Assembly: GCF_041146345.1 (NCBI RefSeq)
Contig: NW_027191405.1
Coordinates: forward strand, 310,001 to 374,000
Source of the DNA: Neodothiora populina
Lineage: Eukaryota
Direction of reading: 5' to 3'
DNA: 64,000 nucleotides
In this document: positions 12,911 to 25,078 of the stretch, piece by piece
Numbering within the stretch: position 1 is the stretch's first letter
Layout of the letters: each line of letters opens with the position of its first letter
Notes under the pieces: generated by a model
Database searches by the model: none
What the model saw: only the letters and a program-made list of their open reading frames with translations
What the model was told of the DNA's origin: nothing
Translations under genes and position numbers: made by a program

Positions 12911-14288
12911 ATGCGATTTAGAGCAAGCATTCAAAACATCCACGTCTTCACAAGTACGCCTGATCCGCCTAAACTGCTCCATTCCATGGAACTAATATAA
13001 CATCAGAATTGACGGCTTCTTTATCATCCCTGGGCAATGTGTCGTGGTTGCGACTTGACGAGAACGACGTTCGTTTCACCATAGTCCCCGAGCAAGGTAG
13101 CCAAGTGTGGGCGTAAGTACGCAAGCCATCCACATTAACTTCGGACTGAACATTGACATGCTTCTCAGAGTACTGCAAAAGGTTTGAGGACATGCATCAT
13201 TCGTGTCGCAGTTGTCCTTGACTGACATCACAGGATGCAATATTCGAAACTTACACGATTCAATCCGCAGCCGAAGCCAACACGATCAATCTTGAGGTCC
13301 CTCTGCAGACATTACATAGAGCCTTGAAGTCGGCCCAGAATGCTATCGCAGCATCCATCAGGCTGACCAAAAAGAATGGTGTACCATTACTTTCACTAAC
13401 TATTACGACTTCCATCAACCCTGGCGCACATGCAGCATCAGCAGCTCCAGCTAGCTCTTACGTTGCAGACGGAGATGGAGACTCCAGCGGATTTCCTGGG
13501 TCCCGCAATGGCGGCGAGCTACTTATTGACGATGACAATCATGAATACCATGGAGAGGACCTAAACCCCGACTATCGCCCTGATCGCGAAACCACCATCA
13601 CTCAAGACATCCCCATTCGTGTACTTGCACCTCAACATGTCGCGGACCTTCACGAACCAAGATGTCGTGAACACGAGGTCCAGATATACCTGCCTCCGTT
13701 ATTGCAACTCAAAAGTATATGCGATCGCTTCACAAAGCTTGCCCTGTCCACTTCCAAAGCTGCGGCACAAGTCTCTGGGTTTCGTGGGAGTGCTGCTTCA
13801 GTGCCGAAGTTAGAGCTGGCGGCGAACATGCATGGCTGCTTACGACTGAGTCTAAGGACTGACGCCATGAACATCAGCTCTACCTGGACAGGACTGACAA
13901 ACCCCGAGCTGGATCCTGGTCAAGTAGATATAGCCACGCACCCTAGTACCAAGATGAAGGAGTTAGGCGATGCGGAAGGTAGAGGCGAAGAAGGTTGGGC
14001 CATTGTCAGGATCGATGGCAGAGACTGGAGTCGAGTGCTTGGGGTAGGGAGGATGGGAGGTCGAGTCATTGCATGTATGTGTTGTGTTGAGGTCTGGCAT
14101 CGTTTCGGCGCTTTACTGATTGATATAGGCTTGTCTCACGAGCATGCTTTGGTCATGTATGTTTGGCTCCCTAATGATCAAACCGGAGATGACGAGTCTG
14201 TCTTGACGGTAAGTATACGCTTGTGTGAAAACTGTTGACTGTGATACTGACTTCTCTTGAGTACTATATCAGCTCTTACAGCGCATAA
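12911..14288 (+). CDS. HUS1: 9-1-1 checkpoint clamp subunit Hus1/Mec3 (6 exons)
   Basis: Spliced product MRFRASIQNIHVFTKLTASLSSLG..WLRLD..VRFTIVPEQGSQVWA..INLEVPLQTLHRALKSA..IRLTKK..ITQDIPIRVL..LELAANMHG..TYYISSYSA; introns 12954-13006, 13113-13168, 13182-13233, 14075-14128, ~14209-14261. Confidence 0.9.
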
Positions 14289-15740
14289 TGCCTGTGGTTA
14301 AAGCAGCCATTAGACGTAAGGAGCTGTAGGAATTCCTCAATGAAGGTCTCTAGGCCTTTGCGCAACAGGTCAACGTGACACTTCAAGCGTCGACATTGCT
14401 TGATGTCTCTTACATGTACCATGCCACGACAACCGTGTCATATGCCATTGACAACACCTCCTAGATGGCCAGTCTTCGATCATTGCCACGTCCTGCTGGA
14501 TCCACAGCCCAGCAGAGACGACAGACTTCTTTGAGGCAGATATATGAAGAGAACCCCCAAAGTGGCCACGGCCAGCCTACAGGGACACCAAGCCGCAGGA
14601 CAGACCGGATCAGATCTCTCGCACCACGTGGTAGAGGTCAAGACCAGCACACGCGACACAGGGACCGCCCGAGAAGGACGAGGTTGTCGGATGTCGCAAC
14701 TTATACATGAGCCGGGATGAGTGAGGCGGCAAGCAAGACAGGTGGTGGTTTTCTGGACTGAAAAGTCTACGGGTACGATGCTTTTTCTGGGCGTACGGTG
14801 TTTGGATCCCAACTTCGACCTCTGCTAGTAGTTGAAGGACTGGAGATGGAGCTTTGTCAATATTCTTGTCTAGGCACGGGGTGACCTAGGGCATGGGAGC
14901 CTGATCTCAAGCGGATTGTTTATCAATCGTGTTCAACCGTGGGACTAGGGTGTGAATCACGGAAAGAAGTGTGAATATTTTGTTTGAATTGATCTATTAT
15001 ATCTTTTCACTCTTAGGGTGACTTCAGAAGAAACCACTATCTCAAAAGCAAATCTGTTATAATGCTATATCGAATATTCAGAATCTTACGTTTCTATTCT
15101 TGCTGTTTAGAATGAAAGGTACCGTTACTATGCCCACTACCTGGGTCACGACGTCACTCATCTGAAGCACCCGTCCATCACTTAGGATCTCTCGTGTACT
15201 CGTTTGCTCTCTCAAACCTCTCTCAAACTAAAGATGCAGAATGCCTCTGCGTGTAACATAGTACCCGTCTGTCAGCTATACATGTACCGAGCGCACTCGT
15301 ACAACAGGAAAGAGTTTGATATCAAACATGAGTGAATCCTTGTGGAACAATATGATGGAGCAAACTTCGGCGGACTCTATGATTGCCAAGATGAGATATA
15401 TATATCCCATTGATTACATACATGTCGAACCTAGAGATAAATCATCTACGCTCAGGGGGCCCATGCCTATCTATGCGATTAGAAAGTCTCTGAAGGAAAG
15501 AATTAACGACATGGGGAACACGTACTCGTGCCGCTCTAGACACAACCAGACCAAGTACTCAAGTCTCTTATTATCACCGACTCCCTTTCTTCTCATCTTG
15601 ATCTATGCGCTGACGCTGAGACTCCTAGACGGCGGAATCACTACACCTACATCCGCATGTCCATACCCGAAGAAGAACCAGAACCAGAAGAATCAGAAGA
15701 ACCAGAAAAGCCAGAGAAACAAGAGGGAGAAGAAGAAGGA

Positions 15741-15830
15741 GAAGAAGAAGAAGAAGAAGAAGAAGAAGAAGAAGAAGAAGAAGAAGAAGAAGAAGAAGAA
15801 GAAGAAGAAGAAGAAGAAGAAGAAGAAGAA
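15741..15830 (+). repeat. (GAA)30 microsatellite
   Basis: Perfect GAA run counted directly. Confidence 0.97.
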
Positions 15831-16332
15831 GAGGACAAACCCACAAAAACCCATCCCTCCAAGAGCGCCGATATAGCATGCCCAAGAGCGAAACAAGGAA
15901 AATGTCCAAAAGCCACCGAGGCAGCAAGGAAAAGAAAGAAGAAGAAGAGGGGAAAGAAGAAAAAGACAATGACTTTGCTAGCCCTCTATGACCCGGCGAG
16001 CCTAAAGTCTGCAGAGAGGAGAACTCGGTGCTGTAAGCCTTGTTGCTTTTGTTGTGATCGCTGTTGTATACTGCGATGTGGTCATAGTAATCGCCGTGCC
16101 TGTTGGATATCGCGTCAGAAGACGAAGAGAGAGAGAAAGAAACGCAGGAAGTGGTTCTGGGAAGTCGTGGCACCGCAGAATGTTTTACCTGGGTGGGGGA
16201 GGGAAGTTTTTGTTTATAGAGGGGGTGAGAAAGGGACTAGGGGTCGCGGTCCTGGTCATAGTTGTAGTTGTGGTTGTGGGGGCTGTAATAGGGGTAGCAG
16301 AGGAGGAACAGGAGGTGAACGCGGAGGAGACC

Positions 16333-16365
<33 letters not shown>

Positions 16366-16374
16366 GTGGTGGTG
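16333..16374 (+). repeat. (GGC)n(GGT)n microsatellite (poly-Gly in the 15657 frame)
   Basis: Seen directly. Confidence 0.9.
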
Positions 16375-17820
16375 TTAGCAATGACAGCAGTGGTACTGAC
16401 GGACCTGGAAGTAGCAACAACAGCTCCCCTCCACCGTCCCCTCGTAAACCCGATCCCGATACTGTGACTAAGCCGACTTACTCCGAACCAGCATCACCTA
16501 AGACAGGAAACCCTTCACTTCCGACAGGAGATGTAATACAGCCCGTCATCATACACGACTCATCTGCACCTCTAGCACCGGAACAAAACGATGTTGTTAT
16601 TGATGAGTCGTTACCCCAGCCCATAGTCTTTTTCTGACTCGGATACTGGAGAGGAAGATGAAGATGAAGACGATGGAGAAGACAACGGCGACGACAGCGA
16701 AGGAGACAACAGTGAGAACGACTCTTCCTCTTCACAACCACTATCGGAACTACCATCTGAGCCTCTCCCATCTGGGCCTCCACCTCCTGCTCAAGCAGTA
16801 CATCCACATCCACCTCCATATGCCGCTCCGGCCCAGGAGCAAACCCAAGCAACTCCCCCAGCTCCAACCGATGATGAAGCTCATTTAGCACAAGCTCACT
16901 CTCCCCTTGTGCCTTACCGTCCAGCATCAACACCAGCACGAGCATCAGGCCCAGCACCAGCATCAGCACCAATACCTCACTCATTGCGAGCAATATCAAT
17001 CCAAACCCGGTCCCAACCACGAACATCGACCATTCCCAGAACTCGACAACGAGCGACCGCGGGTGTTCTCAGTGCTGCTGGGCTTTCTGAGTCTGTTCCT
17101 CGTGCATCTATCATTCCTCACAACCATGCTCAAGCTCATCCTCGTACTCATACTCATCTTCCATCTCTTTTGCATGCTCACCTCCACGCTCATGTCCATT
17201 CCCTTGATCGACGTACAACTCGTCCTGGTGGCTCTACTCTTGGCGAATTTACTACTATTGGGCATGGCGCTGATGTTGGCACTGCTGCTATTGGTCCTGG
17301 CGGTGGTGTCAGGACTGCTCGTGCTAGGACTTGTGGCGTTACTACTACTGATGTGGGATCTACTGCTGCTGGTATGGGGAACGCTGGTGCTAGGACTACG
17401 GGTGTCAAGATTCAGGATTTGGAGACTACAGCTGCTGGTACAACAGACGCTGATACTCGCGCCTTTGATTTGGGGCAATCTGGAGTGGGGGATACTTCTG
17501 GTGGGCGAATTTCGTTTGGCGCGAGTGGTGGAGGTGATGGTGCTGCGGATGCTGGATTTACGGCTATCGTGGAGGGAGGAGTGGTCAGGCGGTCGAGGGT
17601 TTCGTTTCGTGGGTGATACAAGCTTGGAAGCAGATCAAGAAGAGAGTAAGGGGGGCATGGATGGAGGGGGATAACTAAGTTCGTCTATGGGTAGTATGGT
17701 TACTCGTGCTGTATCGATAGGGTTTATCTGACTACACCTAGGCTCTAGTCGTGTTTGTATGACTTTGCTAGACTGTTGAAGAATAACCTTGATGAATCTC
17801 GTCTGGCGATCACTCGTCCC

Positions 17821-19806
17821 CTACATATCCTTGTTCAACCCAGCCTCGACAGCCTTGATCTGCAGAGCGAGGAACTTGCTGTATATACGACACAAGGCCA
17901 GATTGCCGCCATTATACCAGAAGCGAGGATGGCCGCTTGGGCGCCACATCTGTGTCTCTAGTCAGCATCTCTTCGCATTGGAAGACATTGAAAAAAGGAA
18001 CAAGCGATTTGACATGCCGCGTTGAGCTCGCCCTCCTGGTCCAAGTCCCACACATCCTTTGCTCTATCCGCGACGGCATCACCGAGGATCTTCCGCGCAC
18101 TCGTCCTCATGTTGTCGTATCCAGTGGCCAAAACCACAATATCTGCGTTGAGCTTACGTCCGTCCTTTAACACCAGACTATCAGGCTCGAAGCCCTCGAT
18201 GCCTTCTTCGCATTGCACGAGCTTGATCTTGCCTTGGCAGATGAGCTCGCTGGCGCCGACGTCGAGATAGTAGCCGCCGCCGCGGGTCATGTATTTCCTG
18301 AACAGACCACTCCCGTCATGGCCAAAGTCGACGTCGAAGCCTGCTTTTGCTAGGCCGTCCAGCAAGTCCTTCTCCTTGTCCTTGATGCGCTGGGTCAGAC
18401 CTACTCCGAGAGCAAATTGTACGGGTAGAGGCAGACTTTGGCTGAAGATATCCGCGTCTTTGGTCGGAGGGCCTGTCTCATCATACAGACCTTCGTGCAG
18501 CATGTGGCCGCCTATCTCTGCATTCATGACATACGTCCCAGATCGCTGAAGCATAGTCACCGACGCGGCTCCATTCTCGTAGAAGTTTTGAGCAATGTCG
18601 TGGCCGCTGTTTCCTGTACCGACCACTATCACTCGTTTGCCACTGACGTCGTGATCGGACGCGTCTTTGTGTTGACTACCGTGGTAGACAACACCGTTGA
18701 AGGTGTCTTGACCGGCAAAGTCTGGGATGTGAGGTTCGCCGGAGTGGCCAGTACATAAGACAATGTGATGTGGCTTCAGATTGCGCTCGCTGCCATCGTC
18801 GCGTCGAACAGTAACATTCCAGTCTTTGGACGACTCGGAATAAGTCGAGGAAGCGACTGTGGTAGACAACCAGACGCTCAACTCCATCAAGCTGGCATAA
18901 GCCTCGAACCAATCACCGAGCTTGTCCTTGGGCGTGAACAGAGGCCAAGTAGTAGGAAATGGAAGATAAGACATGTGGCAATATGTGACGGGGTCGTGAG
19001 TTACGAGAGTGCGATAACGTTGGCGCCAATTGTCACCGATGCGTTGTTCACGGTCTACGATCAGACAAGAGACGTCTAGTGCTTGTAGTCGTGCAGCTAG
19101 GTTTAATCCTGCTTGACCTGTGGATGCTGTTAGTGACATGACGAAAAGTCGCTCGTAATGAAATCTCACCGGCTCCGAGGATTAACACTTGAGGATCTCG
19201 ATCGGCAAAGTCATGCATCCTCTGTCTTCGTTCCAGCCAATTGCCCTTGACGATACCGCCCTCCAACGAATTCTTGCCACCGAGAGGTCTCTTGCCTGCG
19301 ATGTTCTCTTCATGACCCTTGATCTCGTCCAAGGCTGTATAGAGCATATGAGCTTTGTATACACCATCACTTCCTTGCGCAAGACGCATAAGCCCTGTCC
19401 CTCTACCAACAGCAGTCTCGAAAGAAAACATGGATTGAACCCACTCCAGGCCTTCAATGGGGCTCACAACCGACGGAGGGAAGCTTTCCTGATCAGAAGA
19501 TAGCTTTGGTGAATCGAAGCGAAGCGAATCAAGATGAGGTGTTAGAAATTCACTGATATTCTGTAGGCCATGGATAGTGCGTAGGTCCCATTGAACACTG
19601 AGATGGTCTCTCCACCAGCAGTCTTCGTGGAAGACATTGCCTAGCTTGGGAATGTCTTTGCTGTTTAGTACATGACTGAAACGGTCAAGCCATGTCTGCG
19701 CAGTGCCCCCCGGGTCGGCATGATGGATTTCTACACGCGTACTTGCCGACATGTGTTTAGAAAAGCGTGGAAGGGAGACATCGTGAGGATGTTGTGCTTG
19801 AAGCAT
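17821..19806 (-). CDS. Flavin-containing monooxygenase (class B, type II FMO-like, N-terminal SnoaL/NTF2-like extension); introns 19118-19169 and GC-AG 17950-18017
   Basis: FAD motif ILGAGQAG, GDNWRQRY, FMO fingerprint FNGVVYHGSQH, NADPH motif GTGNSGHD, ATGY, C-terminal MWRPSGHPRFWYNGGNL..LALQIKA; N-terminal FHEDCWWRDHL..WDLRT. Confidence 0.92.
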
Positions 19807-20559
19807 AACGAAGTCAATTGAAAGTCAAGTGTCATTAAGAATAGTTGAGTAGCCAGTGAATCACCTTTGCCAATATACAAGCAGGACAGACAGTAATTCT
19901 ATACAATTCGATGTCGAACAAGCTAGAGCTCCAGCTCGAGTTGGACGTGAGCTTGCCATATATATAAAAGCAGATGCTCCGGTGGACCCGCCTCTTGATG
20001 CAGGGCAGGTGCAGTAGGTAGCTGGCACACCTGCAACTGACGGCGGACCATTCTTGTCCCGAGGGTACTTGTCGCCATAAAACCGAAGGCAGGGTACTTT
20101 CTGCTGCAACTCCACTGAAGTACATTGCCATATAGCAGATGGGAGAGTTGAGCGTTGCGGATTCCCCAATCGAGCAACCAAGGGCTCGGCACAACTTCCG
20201 TTTGGCGACACAGACATGACAGCACAAGCTAAAGTCGAGGAGGTCCGCTTCGGCAAAGTTGCCCTTTCTCCTTTTTGTCTACTCCGTTTCCGTTCCTTCC
20301 CCCGCCCAAAGCCAACCGTCATCGACACTGGATCAGAATCTCCAATTGCAGCAAGCGCAGCTGCTGTATTGACCCCTCCATACTTGTACTACACCTTGCC
20401 AACCATTGACATCACACCTCGTCGGCTTCACATCACAGAAGCCTCCGTCCAGTCCTCAACAACAATCTACCATCAATTCTACCCAACCCCCAACCCACCC
20501 TCTCGCTCGTCGCCCCTCTCCGCAAGCCCCCCTAGGGTGGCAACTCAACGACCACAACC

Positions 20560-21357
20560 ATGTCGTCCTACCTCTCCAACATCCTCACAAACACAACCTC
20601 GAAATACAACACTCTGCGCGCCAACCTGACCTCGTCAGAGACCGACGGCGACACCGAAGACGACAGCCACATCTCGCGCGTGCTACGAGCCTACTACACA
20701 GAAAAAGGGCGCTCGCTGCCCACCTGGCTGCCTCCGGATCCGAAACACCAATCGCGCACAAATACCCTCACGTCGCAGCCTTCGTTTAGCAGTAGTCTGC
20801 GCGGACACAGTAGTGGGAGCAACAACAGTGCGATGCAAGGGGGCTCGGTGGGGAGAGCAGGGGCCGCTGGGGCCGCAGGGCAAGGAAGAGGTGGATTGAG
20901 CGATCTATGGGATCCGCCGCAGGCTCCTGCCGGGCAAGCGCAACCACGAGGAGGAGCGGCGGGCCAGCCATTGAGTCTGAGACGACAAGCTGCGGACAGG
21001 AGTGGTGGATCGGCGGGACTACAGCCTAACGGAGGAGCAGGACAACCATCCACGTCCACGAGAGGTCTACTGCCCAGCCAGCGCGCGGGAAGCTACCAGA
21101 ACGTCGTGAACCAGCAGCAAGCACAAGGCGGAGGCTACGAACGTCCATCGCAGTTACAGAGCAGTCCGAGCACGAACAGCGTGGGCAGTGCGGCGGGGGG
21201 AGGAACGGCGCAGGAGAGACTCAAGGCCAGACTCTGGGGCCGGGGTGGTAGTGCAACGAACCTTCACGCGCAGGGAGGACATCAGGCAGCAGGAGCACCA
21301 CAACAACAGAATCTCTATGCGCCTAGAGATCGCTTTGCCGGTGGAGCGGCACGATGA
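20560..21357 (+). CDS. MSO1: Mso1-like Sec1-binding exocytosis protein
   Basis: N-terminal DGDTEDDSHISRVLRAYYTEKGRSLPTWLP matches the Mso1 Sec1-binding region; remainder G/S/Q-rich and disordered. Confidence 0.8.
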   Translation: MSSYLSNILTNTTSKYNTLRANLTSSETDGDTEDDSHISRVLRAYYTEKGRSLPTWLPPDPKHQSRTNTLTSQPSFSSSLRGHSSGSNNSAMQGGSVGRAGAAGAAGQGRGGLSDLWDPPQAPAGQAQPRGGAAGQPLSLRRQAADRSGGSAGLQPNGGAGQPSTSTRGLLPSQRAGSYQNVVNQQQAQGGGYERPSQLQSSPSTNSVGSAAGGGTAQERLKARLWGRGGSATNLHAQGGHQAAGAPQQQNLYAPRDRFAGGAAR

Positions 21358-21707
21358 GGAATCGAAAAGTCGCCATGGATATAGAGTCACAGAGACACAG
21401 AGACAGGAGAAGAGGCTGGTCCTCGAAATCATCAATTTTGTATAGTCCCATTAGCGGGCCGGCATACGCTCAGATCTTTTGAGCATAATTCACCCTCCGT
21501 TTCACCGTTCCCGCTGCAGCAAGTCTCTCTGCTGTCCTTTGAATCAATAGATAAGAAACTAAATCATCGAAGGTCTATCGGATCCTCCCGCCTCGCCATG
21601 ACAGTAATCAGTAGTGAAAAGAAAAGAGAACAGAAGTCGACAAGCAGCAATCCATCAGCAGATCGCTTAGAAGAAGTAATCATCCAAATGAGCAAAGGAA
21701 AGACCTA

Positions 21708-22691
21708 TCAAGAAGAAGAATCATGCTTGGCCTCATGACCGAGCGCAATCTCCTCCTCAAGCTCCCTGCTCAGCGCCTTACTCTTGGTGTAGCGCGTGCT
21801 GATCTCGGGGAAGAAGATGCCCGGGTAAGCGACCGTCATGCAGATGGCGGCGATGGCGACCATCATGCCGTCGAGCACGAGGAACTCCGTCTCGTCCTGC
21901 ATCAAGGGGTTTCCCCACCCACCGACCATTTCTGGGATACTGTATTGCAACAAATTAGCATAATCCCACATACGCATTTGACGTCAAACAGAGACATACC
22001 GGTAGACAGAGCGAATGAAAATCGTCAAAAACGCCAACATCATGGCGCCGACGAAGAACTTGAACGCCACGGGCCCCGAAGTCGTGGGCTCATGATATGT
22101 CTGGTCGGGACGGTCCTTGTTGCGCCGCACGCGCAGCGCAAAGTCCAGCGCCAGCACGGCGCACACGAACATGGTTGCGACCTGGATACAGATACCTGCG
22201 ACCATGACGTCGTCACCGATATCGACGAGGTCGGCCGTCTCGGCCGACGCGATGCCGCCGCCCGCTGCCTGCGTCAGGATGCTGAGGATGTCGCAGCCGA
22301 TGAAGATCCACGTGTACAGGTTCGGGCGCAGCTTCGAGTATTCCGGTCCGTAGTGCAGCACGAGATGCTTGAGGGTGAGGTAGATACCCGCGGCGAGGAA
22401 CGAGGGACATAGGATCAGACACACGATCTGGATCTTGAAGCCGGTCGAACTCCACGCGTTGTAGTGCATGATCAGACGGCCTGCATATCCGATGCATTCG
22501 CCCGCGCAGCCCAGGGTGACGGCGAAAGTGAAGGCTCGCAATTTGTATTTGATTCCCATACACAGCTGGGCGAGTGCGCAGATGCCGAACACGACGCAGA
22601 AGAATATGTTGCCACCCAGGTTGGGGGCGTATCCGTACGTCGTGTCTTCAACGGGACACTGAGGCGACACCTCGGTACAGAATTGTGGCAT
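21708..22691 (-). CDS. RTA1/RSB1-like lipid-translocating exporter (7 TM); intron 21940-21999
   Basis: YGYAPNLGG, ECIGYAGR, PSFLAAGIY, FIGCDILSILTQAAGGG, IRSVYR|IPEM.GGW, FLVLDG. Confidence 0.93.
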
Positions 22692-23766
22692 GATTACTGC
22701 TTATAGCGAATGTCGTTGCAGAGAACCCAAGAGATCTGCTGCGATTTAGGATCGGTGTGGATTAAAGAGAAGGGATGCTCCAGATATATTGAGGTTCCCG
22801 ATCGTGGGGGGAAACGCAGAAGAAACAAAAGAACGGTATCCAGGCCGTGGGTCTCGCTATTATGTACTTTAGTACTTTCTGTCTTATCGCCCTGTGACAG
22901 CGTATAGTGGCTGTTGTATCTCGGAAGGAATGAGAGCAAAGTCGCTTAGTCGCTGCAAGTGATTGTGAGGGAACAGGTCCAGGATTATTCTTCCGTTACG
23001 ACGCGAGTGACAATACGACTAAAGAACGAAAATAAGAAGAATAGGACAAAGACAACAACTGCCCAATCCAAAACATTGCCACCTTTTTGCCTTTAAAGGA
23101 GGCATCATACATGGTCACTTTTGAGACCCAGTTTTTCGGGATGTGCTCTAACCGTTCGAAATCTCAATGAACCGATGCTAGTCGAAGGAGTGTCACTGCT
23201 TCCGTGACTAAAGCTGGTTTTAGCGTCGGATGCTGTGTATCCGGGCGTAGCGATGGGCCTGGGGTTTCATTTCAAGCATCTGTGCCACCGTCCGGCCAAG
23301 ATTTTTCTACAACATGCATACAGCACAGCGCAACGTACGCATCTAAGATATCAATTTCTTGTGCGACATGGACTGGAGTACTGTGATAAATAGTGGTGGT
23401 AGTACACAGAGCTCGGCGATGCAGGACGTGTACGACTCTCGCAGACTGTGGTGAGGCGAGTCACTCAAACCAGAGGACAATCGTTCCCCGGACATCTGCA
23501 TGTCTCGAAACAGTTACGGTGACGAACTGACACGGCCCCGAGTCATGCAAAGGATTCCACGTTCCCAGTTCGGGAAATGTACAGATGCTTATTTCGAACA
23601 GAAGGCGATGACGGACATTTGATTGGTGCAAGCAGTCAGGCGACGGTCATCCCGTCAGAGCTGCTTTTGGCCGGCCCGCTTTTAGAAGCAGAGCCATTCC
23701 CGTTCGTTTGTCGTTTGTCGTTCCTCGGTTTTTTGATCTGCTCGCGCAGGCAGCCGCCATTCTTTA

Positions 23767-24947
23767 ATGTCATCGCGGAAATACCACCAGAAGTCAAGGA
23801 ACGGCTGCGTCCAGTGCAAGAAACGAAGAGTAAAAGTCAGTCAGAACCATGCTATAGCACGTGGTCAGATGATCGTCGCCAGGAACCAAGAAACTAATCG
23901 TCGGTTGTGCTGCTGCAGTGTGATGAAAACAGGCCTTTCTGTAAGAACTGCCAACGCACACATGCGCCGTGCAGCTACACAAGCAGTGTGCCAGCTACTC
24001 CGAGAGAGAGTAGTGCGTCGGTTGTGTCTTCTCCTCAGTCTGGAGCAACACCATGGACCGAGCAGATCAACTTTGATCTGCTGGATCTGCGATTGATGCA
24101 CCACTATACTCTGACTGCTGCCAACGAACTGTTCCCACGAGGACATGGTCAGACCATCTGGCAACACAAGATCCCGCTGGAAGCACAGTCACATCCAATG
24201 CTAATGCATGGCTTGCTTGCCATCTCTGCAGCACATCTGGCACTCAACTACGCTAAAGATGGGACAGACTATCGAATCCGGGCCATCCACCATCAAAACA
24301 TGGGATTGCTCGGATACAGGGCTGCAATCAGTGAAATCTCGAGCCTGAACGCCATACCATCGTTTGTGTTTTCCGTGATGCTCGGCGTACTCACATTTGC
24401 CGGGCCACGTTTGAGTGCCAAGGAGGCGAGTATCGACGATGCTTTGGAGCTATTCACGCTCATGAGGGGCAGCAAAGTGGTGTGGGAGTTGGAAAAGCAG
24501 ACAGTGTTGACGAGCCCCATGGTGGCTTTGATACCGCCTCCGGACTGGGACTTTGACAAGTTAGATGCTGGCCTCGAGGCCAAACTGGAGGATCTGAAGC
24601 TTCTCTCGCCCGGCGATGCAGTCTACACGACAGCAGTGGATGAGCTGAAGCTATGCATGCAAGTCGCTCTCGCAGCGCCAGACGACTTCCTGATCACAGC
24701 TAGATGGATGGCAACAGTGGACGAGCAGTTCTGGGTGCGACTAAAGGCGCATGACCCAATAGCGCTCCTGCTATTCGCACACTATTCTCTCATACTATCG
24801 GCGTATGAACAGATATGGTGGCTAGGAGACTGGAAAGCGGAACTGATCAAGGCCGTCGACAGCACTCTTTCTCCAGGCGACAAAGAGGCAGTCAAGTGGT
24901 CGTCGCGGGTTGAGTTTCTCGGACAATATAGAGGGCAGATGCGCTAA
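23767..24947 (+). CDS. Zn2Cys6 transcription factor (Upc2/Ecm22-like architecture); intron 23836-23918
   Basis: KSRNGCVQCKKRRVK|CDENRPFCKNCQRTHAPCSY binuclear cluster; DLRLMHHY, LMHGLLAISAAHL. Confidence 0.92.
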
Positions 24948-25078
24948 GATAGGCGAAACGGCTTGGCGCAGATAAGGGACTTTTGGAGGCTGCTTTGAAG
25001 GTATAATTTAGTGTGCTGCTGTATACAACACAATCAGACTTTCAATACATACAAGAACTGCGTGTATTTCGAGTCATC

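Larger units (their letters stand above)
15657..17616 (+). other. Low-complexity orphan ORF pair (E-, G-, P/S/T-rich), apparently joined by a 1-nt frameshift at T5 16629-16633; gene, pseudogene or proto-gene
   Basis: ORF 15657-16637 ends ..PIVFF*; the next frame is open 16627-17616 (SDSDTGEEDEDEDD..PPPPAQA..RRSRVSFRG*) with no early ATG; no recognisable domain. Confidence 0.4.

Noticed and set aside
14465..14812. Short ORFs downstream of HUS1
   Set aside because: No homology cues or splice structure; too short to call
15316..16173. Poly-Lys, poly-Leu, poly-Ser and poly-Phe ORFs
   Set aside because: Alternative-frame readings of the (GAA)n tract
16907..17674. 255-aa extremely Leu-rich 'membrane protein' ORF
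   Set aside because: Non-ATG start; a shifted reading of a GCT/ACT/GGT-rich frame produces Leu/Val runs artefactually
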